Source of the DNA: Nemertoderma westbladi
Lineage: Eukaryota; Animalia; Xenacoelomorpha
Direction of reading: 5' to 3'
Assembly (NCBI GenBank): GCA_032718475.1
Contig: JAUCBJ010007751.1
Coordinates: 1-64,000, forward strand
DNA length: 64,000 bases
Positions 53,610 to 64,000 of this stretch are shown in pieces. Under the pieces are notes generated by a model that saw nothing but the letters and a program-made list of their open reading frames with translations, ran no database searches and was not told where the DNA came from. Numbering within the stretch: position 1 is the first letter of the stretch; every line of letters begins with the position of its first letter. The position numbers and the translations under genes were made by a program.

Positions 53610-55439
53610 GTTGTCTCCCGGGACATTGGCGGTTAGATATAACGACCATCGTCCTCCGTAGTAGTTGGACCAGCGTCGCCGCGTATCAAGCTATCAACAA
53701 ACGCTTGTAAAGGTAGAGTATATCGCTCCCTGATACCAAGATCATCTTCTATCAACTCAATCATATCTGCTATATAAGTTTATCCATATTATAATGAGTT
53801 TATATTTAGGCGAGCGGGCGTCGCTGCCTACCACTCTCTGCCCCCGGACAGTGCGAGATCCTCAGCGCTGGTGTACTTTCGCCGATGTGCCTATCGCCAA
53901 CGTCGTAGCTGTACAACGACTACAACAACCAGCACGAGTCACTCCACCGTCCGTCCCAAAGGCTTAGATATACTTCAGGTTCTTACTGGAGAGTTAGGGC
54001 TACTTTCACAATTGCGACTCGCTACTGTAAACACACCTTAGTAGTAACATTCACCTACAAACGCACAAATTCCACGTAACTGTCACAAATTGTACACATT
54101 CTATCACACATTCGGGTTATTTGTCCGTTAGTCAAGGGCCTTACAGAATGTCACGTTGTTATTGGGTATCCTGGGATACTAGCAGTGTGCTATTTATTCC
54201 TTATGCTATTCAATGGGCAAGCTTTATTGTTCTTTTAACTCACTTCTAATTCTAGCGTGGTTTTTGCCATGGTGACATTATGGAAAGCTAGCGGTAGAAT
54301 TAGGGTAATTCCCATGCATACAGATCTGGGATGCTATTTAATAGTAAGTCTTTAATGGTCAATATCATCTTTATATATGATTTTATGAATTTTATCGGCT
54401 ATTGACTCTATATTGGAGATTCTCGCACACTAATACACTTAATAGGTGAATCTCCGCTCCCATGATCTATTAATTAATGGAATTTTGGGAATATTATAAA
54501 TTGTATAAAATAACAATTTATCAAATTCATTAAAAGATGAATTTAAATTTATTCCCACAATTTCATTATTTAATATTAAAATAGACACAATTTTATTCCA
54601 GAACAAGTCTGGGGACTGGGATCCTTGATTCTAGGAATTTTGTCTTTTTAAGAGTATCGGTAAGTGCTACGATATCTTAATCGACTAGAATGTTAAAGGA
54701 TCTGAAATTTGACAGATTTTATAAATATTAATAGTTAATATTTAGGATGGGCACCGGTTTATTCCAGAACATGTCTGGGGACATTAACCACTGATTCTAT
54801 AATTTTGTCTTTCAAGTATATCGGTGGGTGCCGCGATATCTTAATCGACTAGAATTGCAGATGGTCAAAGGGTTTAACAGATTTATTTTGCGTTTTACGC
54901 TACTGTTAAAGGGACATCACACTACTATATGTATTATTTAATATACGGTATGAGAGCAATATCGCACGAAGCAATGTCAGTGTGAAGAGGCAAGTCGTTT
55001 CCAAGGTCTACCCAGAGCTTGGTTTAGCCGAGACACGAGGATCTGAACTTTGCATTCCTAATACTCTGCTTACCAATAATACTTAAATATAGTAGGAGCT
55101 TTATTGTACTTTAATAAGTACGGATATTTCATCTTACTGTAGTCACGTATTTATAATATGATACGGACAGTAAGGAAAGAGAAAAATAATTATTTCTCGC
55201 CGTCGCACTAAATATAATATATAAGTAATTAAGTAATAAACACTAATATATTGCACTAATCTACTAAATAATCGCTAAATAACATTTGACTAAATAAAAT
55301 TAAAGAAAACGATTATAATAAAATTACATAATAATACATACATAATATAAAATAATAAAAATAAATATAAAATAATATAGTCACACACCCACTCCATATG
55401 TTGTTACGTTATGGAGTCCCTAGATATTTGTCGGATTAG

Positions 55440-58400
55440 GGAAGTGGTCGTAGGAAGAGTATCTTGCCTTCCATAGTTTCCGGACAGTTTTCGGTCTCTT
55501 TCCAGTAAATATAAACGACCAGCTGGGCGATTGAGTTGTTGTGTTACTTTCTCCGCTCCCTTGGCCTGTCTAATCTCAGCCGGGTTAAGGTGGGGAGGCC
55601 ATTCATCTTCTTTACTTAGGAAGTCGGGTTCACCTAACCAGTCTGGAGTATCTGTCAGTTCTTGCGTCCTCTGGCTCCTCTGGAGGCGATGTCGGCTAGA
55701 TTAATCGTCTCGGGGCAATGTCTCCATTGATCTACATTGGAGTTGATGTCGTCATTATCTGAGGAGTATGGTCTTCCCTCAGTTGGATCGTCTAACTCAC
55801 TGCTCTCATCTTCCCATTCTCTTACTTGATATACCTGATCTTTCGGTAATCTTTCCATGAGAGTTCTACGGGAAGGGCCAGTAAAGTACCAACCCACTCT
55901 AGTTCTTCCCGCATAAGCTTGTAGTGGTTGCGGTTGAGCAGGCCGTTTCTCCAATGTCTCGAGCGCTTTATGCGCATTTTGACCGATGAGTATTTGGACT
56001 CCAGGGTAATCGGTGTTGAATCTAGGTATTTCAAGCTGCTGGGTGAAATCGTCCTCATCCCAGTTATAAGGTTCCACTTGGCTGGTAGCGAAGTTCTTTA
56101 TCGCTACCATTTTTACTGACCTTATGCTGTGTTCTCCTAGTTCATCCTGGGGGGTGGACAACGCGCCTACATAATAATCCGCTATTACGGTAGATTTCCA
56201 AACCTGCATAATTCCTGACATGTTTAGCTTAGTTCGGAACTTGGGTTGCCCAGCAAAGATGTCTTCGGCTAGTTCTTTGTCGATGAATGTGCCTGTGCTA
56301 CCGGAGTCAAGGAGGGCGTTCACTATATAACTCCTTTTAGGTCCGTGGACCCTTAACTGTACTACAGGAAATTCTCGGATTCCTACATTGGAAGTTGGCG
56401 CTTTCCAAGATGGTTGTCGATCAGAAGTAGTTAGGGGGAGCTCACTGTCGGTTTCCTTCTCATACGTAAGTGCTCGATACACTGCGGTATTTATTAAGTA
56501 ACAGGATTCGTTTTCGTCCGTATAGAATCCTTCCATTTCAGAACTTTGGTCGGAGAATTCGTCCGTATAGAATCCTTCCATCTCAGAACCTCGGCCAGTG
56601 CCGTTCACATCACTGAATTGGACATGTAGTTCGGACTCACTTACCTGACTCGGGCTGTTTCTTTCGAATTCGGTTTGCAACAAAATATGATGTTTCGCGC
56701 CGCACTTCGCACACCTTGCGTCGGAGTAACAGGTTCGCCGTTGGTGTCCTCGTCTGAGACAATTATAACACAACCGCTTATCCCACATGACTTCACGTCT
56801 ATCCTTTAATGATTTCTTTAGGAATTCATTACACACATTTAAACGGTGGGGCCCGTCGCACAACACACATTTGGGCTTGATGTTACTTACTTTAACATGT
56901 GCTGTGTGGTGCACGCTCGTTCTTTTCTCGGGCTTTCTTCCGTGAATTCTTTTAGGAGACGTGGGAGGAGTTTTTCTTACCTGTTCTCTCCTGTCATTGG
57001 TTCGAGACTTGAATTTACTTACGTCCTTAGGCGTTGTGTTGTCATAGTAAGATCTTTCAGTGTCTTTCCCGCTGTCTTCCTCTCGAGAAGCCTGGCTTTC
57101 GCCGTCGTCTGTATAACACACTGGTATTACCTTTCTCCTAGAAACGGGTTTCTCACTTACCTTATTTTCTGGTAGGGTCTCGTCGTTGTTGCTCCATCAT
57201 ATATAATACTTTCTTGTCCCAGCGTTTACCTACTCCACCCTTTGGCAGAGTTGATGCTAAGGCTCCTACAACCATAGAATTCTGGTATTCATGAGACTTA
57301 CCTAACCAATCTAGCTGTCTACAGATCTCCTGAATTTTGTCGGAAAACTCTATAATCCCGCTGCTAAGAAACTTTCGGGGCGCCATTAATTTTGCATACA
57401 AATACCTAGCTATGTTATTCCTATTACCATACCTGATGTTTAATGTATCCCAAACTTGTCTTAATCCATCTGGATGTCCAATAAACTTTAACGCCATTAA
57501 CTTGGGAGATCCTTCCAAGCACTCGATGAGGAATCTAAGTTTTTCTCCATTAGATAGCACAGAGTTCTGTATGTTATCTTTGTAATATTCATTAAAAGGT
57601 AACCATTTCATCTCATCTCCATTGAACTTGACGATCTCTCCCACTTTTACCGCTTGCCGGGCTTCGGTTCTAGCCATTTGATGCGTAAAACTTTCTTGGG
57701 CCATCGTATTATTTAATATCGAGTTATCGGTATATAAATTTCTCGGATTATGATCAAGTCTATATGGAATATCACTGTCAACAGGTTTATAATTACCCTT
57801 AATAGGGTTTACTATAGGAGTTTCTACTTCACTAGCAGTATAGATGCATGTAGGCTCCACACCTTGCGCATGAAATACTTCAGACCTAACAGGTTGACAC
57901 ATTGTTACAGAAGGTCTTTAAAATACCTGAGTGTTTAAAGCTCATCTATCCCATCATAGTAGACATGTACCGAACAACAAGAGTCCCACAAGAAATGAAA
58001 ACAAATAAGTTGGTGCCAGTTCCCAAGAAGGGCAACCTAACACTCTATGGTTCTTTTCGGGGAATCTCATTGATCTCGATTGCTGCAAAGTTATACAATA
58101 GGATTCTATTAAATCGCATCAGGGATCCCATTGAGAGACTGCTACGTGGAAATCAGAATGGGTTCCGCAAAGGTCGTGGGACCATGGAGCCCATTTTGGC
58201 ACTTAGAAGGATAATTGAAGAATTATCAAAAAAGAAAGACAGGCATCTGGCTGTTATCTTTGTTGACTTCTTCAAGGCTTTTGATTCAGTCTCTCGGTCA
58301 CGTATGTTCAGCATACTTTCATTATATGGGATTCCTGATGAAATTATTGCAGCAATCAGATCAGTATACGATGGTTCGACAACATTTGTGTCTACTGTTG

Positions 58401-60621
58401 ACGGTGACACAGAACCATTTGAAGTGTTATGGGGCGTCCTCCAAGGAGACACACTTGCACCATTCTTGTTCATTATTGTGGTTGACTATGTTCTACGCAT
58501 GTCCTTAGATCATCATAATGATGATGGGGTGATGATAACTCCACCTACTGGCTCCAGAAGTCGAGGAAATCCTGCCAAGTACCTAACTGATCTAGACTTT
58601 GCTGATGACTTAGGAGTACTCTCAGAATCATTAGAGGGAGCCCAACGGCTCCTCAGCTCATTAGAACATGCTGCTTCTAGTGTTGGTCTTTTTATTAACT
58701 CCAGAAAGACCAAAATTCTGACAGTTAACTTTGAAAGTCCTCAGCAAGTCTCTGATCGGATGAGCATAAGCTCAAAGGATGGTATGCTTGAGCATGTGGA
58801 CGACTTCTGTTACCTGGGATCATGGATCCGGAAGTCAGGTGAGGACCTTCGAATACGTAAGGGAAAGGCATGGGCAGCCTTGAATAGGCTTTCCAGGATT
58901 TGGAAGTCACCTAGAATTAATCGGAAACTTAAGGTCCGATTATTTAGAGCAGCAGTAGTTCCAGTACTCCTCTACGGGAGTCCATGCTGGGCTCTAACTG
59001 CTGAGGACACCAAATCTCTGGATGGCACATTCACAAGAATGCTACGCCGGGTTCATTGTGTCAAGTACAATGCACACATCTCCAACCAGACACTATATAA
59101 CATTGGAGGTGTCTCATTGGCTCCCCCAAGCTTGACACTAGAACAAAATCGCCTCCGCTTTGCAGGACATTGCTTTCGCCGTGAGGACCAGCCAGTGCAT
59201 AATCTTGTACTTTGGCAGCCTCATGGAGTGAATAAGCATGGTGGACAGCCCATGACTTTCTTGAGACGCATCTTAAAGGACACTGGCCTTAAAGATGCGG
59301 ATGATCTAGCAAATGTCATGGGTGATAGGGAGTTGTGGCGGTGCAATTTTGTTGACAAGCCGGCACAGCATTCTTAAAAATGCAGCTGCAATGCAGCATG
59401 CCGATCATAGTAGTAGTAGTAGTAGTAGTACAGAGGGTGGTGGTATACCCTTTTGTGTATTTACTAATTTATCGCGTTCTAACGCGATACTTTGCTGCAC
59501 TTCTTGCAACTCTAACCTACTCTCTCTAATTGTTCCCTTTAACTGCTGCACAGTTCCCTCCATCTCCTGGGCCTGCTGAGAGGAGCGAGAATGTTGTTCC
59601 CTCAGCTGTCCGAGCAGGAGACCCATCTCCCGTCGTCCCTCATCTACCCACTCGACCGCCGAAGCGGGAGGCGCCAACGTTGTAGTGGGCGGACGAGGGA
59701 CAACGGGCGACAAGTCATGAATATTTCGCTCGGAGTCCAGGACATGAACAATTTCAGGGGTGGTTCTGTGGGGCACAGGTAGCTTCGTGCTGTGCAGAGG
59801 GAATTTAGAGGTAGGTTCAGGGAGTACAGGTGTCTCTATCACCGAAGGGGTGGCTTCGAGAACAGGCCTAATTATTTCAGGCTCATCTACTATAGTAGGG
59901 AGTCTTTCTATGTTAATTATTTGGTCTGTGGGTTCTATACTACCTAAGTTTGTGTTATTTAGTTTCCTTCTAACAGCTGGGGGCAAATCAGGCAATTTCT
60001 GACGGTGGACATTCTTCTACGTCTGCTTAGACGAGATCTATTTCCTCCGCCTTCAGGATCGGTGGTATCGCCTTCCTCAGATGATGTATATCCCTGTCTT
60101 TTGGGAGTTGATCGACCCATCATCTGCATTTGACTAGCTGTTAACTGTTTATTTATGCAGTCTTGATTCTCCTGAATGTTTTCCAATTCTAGTTGGGTGG
60201 TTTCTTCAGAGGCTCTCCGTTCTGCTTCTGCCACTGCCTCTGCCGCTGCCACTGCCGCCTTTCTTTCCGCTTCGGCCGCTGCCACTGCCGCCTTTCTTTC
60301 CACTTCTACTGCCTTTCTTTCCACTTCTACCGCCTTTCTTTCCGCTTCTACTTCTGCCGCTGCCGCTGCCGCTGCTGCTGCCGCTTTTCTTTCCGCTTCT
60401 GCCGCTGCCACTGCTGCTGCCACTGCCACTGTCTTTCTGTCTGCTATACGTTTTTTCTTTACTTGTTCTTCTTGGACCCTAGTGATGCGGAGGCGTTCAT
60501 CAAATGTAGCTTGGTTCGCAGCTATCCTATCCGCATCTATTGCGTCCAACACAAGCTTGGCTCCTTCACTATTAGGGCTAAGTCCCGCTTGCGTCCTTTT
60601 GGGCTCCTCCCCGAGGCGCAC
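55440..60621 (-). mobile_element. BEL/Pao LTR retrotransposon gag-protease, frameshifted, with most of pol deleted
   Basis: DUF1759-like KFNGDEMKWLPF...LSNGEKLRFLIECLEG; three zinc knuckles (CVLCDGPH, CYNCLRRGH, CAKCGAKHH); protease ALLDSGS; ILIGQN; RNase H tail QWRHCP..NLADIASRG and WLGEPDFL...EWP. Confidence 0.88.
57902..59430 (+). mobile_element. 5'-truncated RTE LINE with open RT frame, inserted into BEL/Pao gag
   Basis: 491-aa open RT ORF, short 3' UTR ending GCCGATC, then a (TAG)n tail. Confidence 0.93.
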
Positions 60622-61884
60622 CCATGAGGCGGACGCTGTCCCACCACCCTTGGGGCCAGTCTGACTGATGTTATTATCAGGCCGGGCCGGAGGGTAGCCC
60701 GATGCTTCCCGGGTTCAATTTTCAATCCCCCGATCACACCGGCACAGCTCGTCGGTGTAGCCAGATGGTCGGCTACTGTCAACTTACTGTGGCCTGACTG
60801 TACATTGAGCCAACTCAGAGAGTCAACCAGCGGGTGGACCAGTCGATAGCGATCGAGCATCAAGGTCGCCCTTGAGCCAAACCGACGGTCTTGTCCCATG
60901 TGGGCTTGTGCTACCCAACATGGAATATTGACACGTTTTCACCCGCCTCGCCGGCAGTATTGAGGGGAAGTCGGTTCCGCAAACAATACTGACTAGCTCG
61001 AAAGCTAGGAACAAGTAACCACTTACCAGTCACTGTACACGTGTACTCAACAGATGTTCACAATATCAAGTACACTACGGTAAACACAAAATCTGACACA
61101 TACCATGCACACACAGAGGACATAATCGGGAAAGACAAAATTGGGGACAAAATCAGAGGGGACAAAATTGTATCGACTGTTAAAAGAGTCGAGAGTACCT
61201 TATTTTGCCGTCAGGGCAAAATAACTTTGTGTGCACAAAGTATGCTGGGGCGCAGTAAAGATATGGTCCTACTAATACCAGCGGCGACTGAACCAACCGG
61301 CAAGGGTTCCCACACTCACTCGCAGTGGCCATACATACACTCACGTATACCACGTACCCACAGCAACAGAAAGCTTAAGCAAACTGCCACTGATCGTCCA
61401 CACACAAACCACAGATTCCAGAGTATCATTCACTCGGACCATACTACAACACCAACCCCTCCTTGCAGCCGATATTCCGGGTGCCACCTCCATTCCAATA
61501 GTAGTACCAACAGAATCATCAGAAACCTGCCCATTCCGATGCAACACCTCCATTCCAATAGTGCTACCCTGGGAAAAGACACGTTTTGGCAACCGATCGG
61601 AGACAGTAAAGAGTCTGGTCAACTCATACATACCAAACATAGACCTACCACATAGACCACATAAACCACAGATCACACTAAGCCACCACCCCTACTGTGT
61701 ACAGGACTGGCAGTACGGCAACAGGCCGACTAGACGGTACCACGGCACCATGTTGATTCATGGTTCGTAAGACACGAGGGCCTTCAGTAACTCCCTTGCA
61801 CTATAGAAGAGATTTAGCGTGCCCCCAGACCCTCACGAGTCCGCCGCCGCCTGTTCTAGACACACTTATAGAGACCTCACCTCC

Positions 61885-62913
61885 TTATGCATCTAGCCTT
61901 CTCCTCAACTCTTCATCTCCTACAAAACGTTGATAGTCCGACAGATAGATGTCAATGGCATCCCTCTTATGCGGTTTCTCTGCCGTCACTTCACTTTCCA
62001 CTTGGGAAAATGTAGCGTCTGTTGATTCTCCATGGGTTGAGCGCTCATCCAGCTGAGCTTTCCACTGAGCCGTTCCTTGAACCTGGAGACTCACCCGTTG
62101 AAACCAAGTCTTTACGGCAACTTGCAACGAAGTGTCTTGTCTTCTTTTAGAAGCCTCCTCAAAGGCCGATAAGATTAGCCTGATTCGTAGAATTATTTCT
62201 CTAACTTGATAAAGCAGCTGTCCCTGCTCTTGAGGTCCTTGGGGTTGTTGAAACAGTTGTTCTTTTAATCGCTCCATAGAGCTGAAGAATCCCTGTACGT
62301 ATCCTGCTGCTGACCTCTTCCACACAACTGGATCGATGGTTTCCTTGTTTACTCCCATCCTGTGTATGTCTTCCCAGGCAGCTTCCGATAAATCAAACGG
62401 GAGTCTGGGTCCGGGGAAGTTCCCTTGCGACTCGACCATAGGCTTCAGTTCTTCCCTTGTGTATCCCGCATAACTATCCTTAGTCGATCGCTTATTTCTC
62501 GCCCAATCAATCTGGTGTTCCTCCACCGCAATCAATAACCTCGTGAGTACGGCTGCAGGAAGGATGAGAAGGGGATCCGAATAAACCGCATCTGTCATCT
62601 TTGCTCCGTGCTCGGGTGTCAGCTCTACGGTATCCGCACTACTGGAGCTGTCGGGCTGCTGAGAAATAAGTTCTCGGCTCGCGGGTAGTTGCTGTTCTGG
62701 TGCTTCTTGGTCCCGCTTGACCTGAGCTCAAGTGCCTATGATAGACCTACGATGTTGGACTAGCCTAGGGTCTGATATTACTACGGGAGGGATGATCTTT
62801 CTTACAGTAGGAGGTGAGTTGAACTTCGGTCCTACACATTCCACACTCCTGTCTGGGTCACATATGGTTGTATCTAGGAGACTGTCTGACAGGTTTTGCT
62901 TTGTGTCAGACAT
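61885..62913 (-). CDS. Unknown helical-type ORF upstream of BEL/Pao gag, interrupted by one TGA at 62730-62728
   Basis: ORFs 62728-62913 and 61885-62598 are in the same frame (315-nt offset), separated by a single stop; no motif recognised. Confidence 0.45.
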
Positions 62914-64000
62914 GTTGGATTGTACAGTTGAATGCCTACTGCTATATTACAGTTTAAGCAAGTCTAGTAATTCAGTATCACCGTTAGCCTAGTAATTAAT
63001 TACCGATACTGCTACTCAGTGTAGCGTGATATATATATAATATATTAGAATACCGGTATGCTTATAGTATATATAAGTATTATTACAGACTAGGTTTGTC
63101 ACAGAATACCGGTAGGTAATTTCAGCACAAATATATATAAATATATAATAGGCCTATCGTGAATACCGGTATGCAGCTTACACTTATAGTATATATAAGT
63201 ATAATTATGAACTAGAATTAATTACAGAATACCGGTATGATTTCAGCCTAAATTTATAGAAACAAATATAATAAGCCTATGGTAAATACCGGTATGTCAA
63301 TTATTTTAGAATAATTGAATTTCTGAAATTTTAGGGGTTACTTGGTTATTATGCTTTACTTGATTACCGTTATTTAAGAAGTAGTCCAACTGATATTTAG
63401 ACCTAATTGTTGTATGACAGGCCTACTATTTTATAAATCGGTTTGAGTTGATTTAAAATATATATACCCCTATAATGGGTTTTGTCAATATTTGAAATAA
63501 ATGTTATTATTTCTGGGGGGAGTCACTACACAGAAGCTGTGCGCTCTCAGTGAAGTGCTACTTGTTGGACACTAAAACAAATAATTCTAATTTACCTAAG
63601 TTACTTAATACTACAAATTATGTACAATTCGGGGTGAGATTACAATCTCTAAATAAACACAAAAATTACACGTACGAAATTTTAGGGTAATTTTATAAGA
63701 AGTCTACAAACCAGCCTAACAAAGGGTTAGAATATCTGGTTATTACAACGAACAGGGTACTACGGTATTTGAAAATAATAAGTAGTAGTAAATATACTGC
63801 GTTGTCCAGGTAGGAAAATACCACCGTCTGACAACTTATAGCCGTATCGCTATAAGTACTACGTTATGTATCACGGAGTATTCCTACCTAGAAGTTAATT
63901 ACCGCGGTCTACCAGAACCAACGTGCCTATTAACCACTTTACAACACAAATATACTGCCTACACACTAATCACCTTCGGAAAGCACTGTACACTAAACCT

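Noticed and set aside
55380-55400. PPT plus LTR start right after the pol remnant (GGAGTGGGTG-TGTGAC on the minus strand)
   Set aside because: No second copy of the following sequence in the window to confirm an LTR, and an alternative candidate exists at 52161.
60176-60664. Ala/Ser-rich and Cys-rich plus-strand ORFs
   Set aside because: Antisense to the AEAERKA coiled-coil repeat at the BEL/Pao gag N-terminus.

Overview
This is AT-rich, intron-containing eukaryotic (invertebrate-like) genomic DNA, not prokaryotic. The main discovery is a minus-strand transcription-factor gene with a constant N-terminus and a cassette of alternative DNA-binding domains. Three common coding exons (47016-46469, 45708-45374, 44882-44792; about 325 aa, no recognisable BTB domain) end in a phase-2 donor. 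At least six alternative terminal exons spread over 34 kb each start at a phase-2 acceptor and encode a different DNA-binding module: three BED fingers, one tandem pipsqueak-type HTH and two C2H2 pairs. This resembles mod(mdg4)/lola/Broad architecture, but mixes three domain families and seems to use a different N-terminal domain. The introns hold an intronless antisense MGAT3-like (GT17) gene, five tandem arrays (35, 71, 14, 25 and 23 bp units), nested hAT MITEs, and Penelope, L2/CR1, CRE-like and RTE remnants. Upstream of the gene (right end of the window) are nested MITEs in a pogo remnant and an internally deleted BEL/Pao LTR retroelement, interrupted by a young RTE LINE and flanked by unexplained ORFs.
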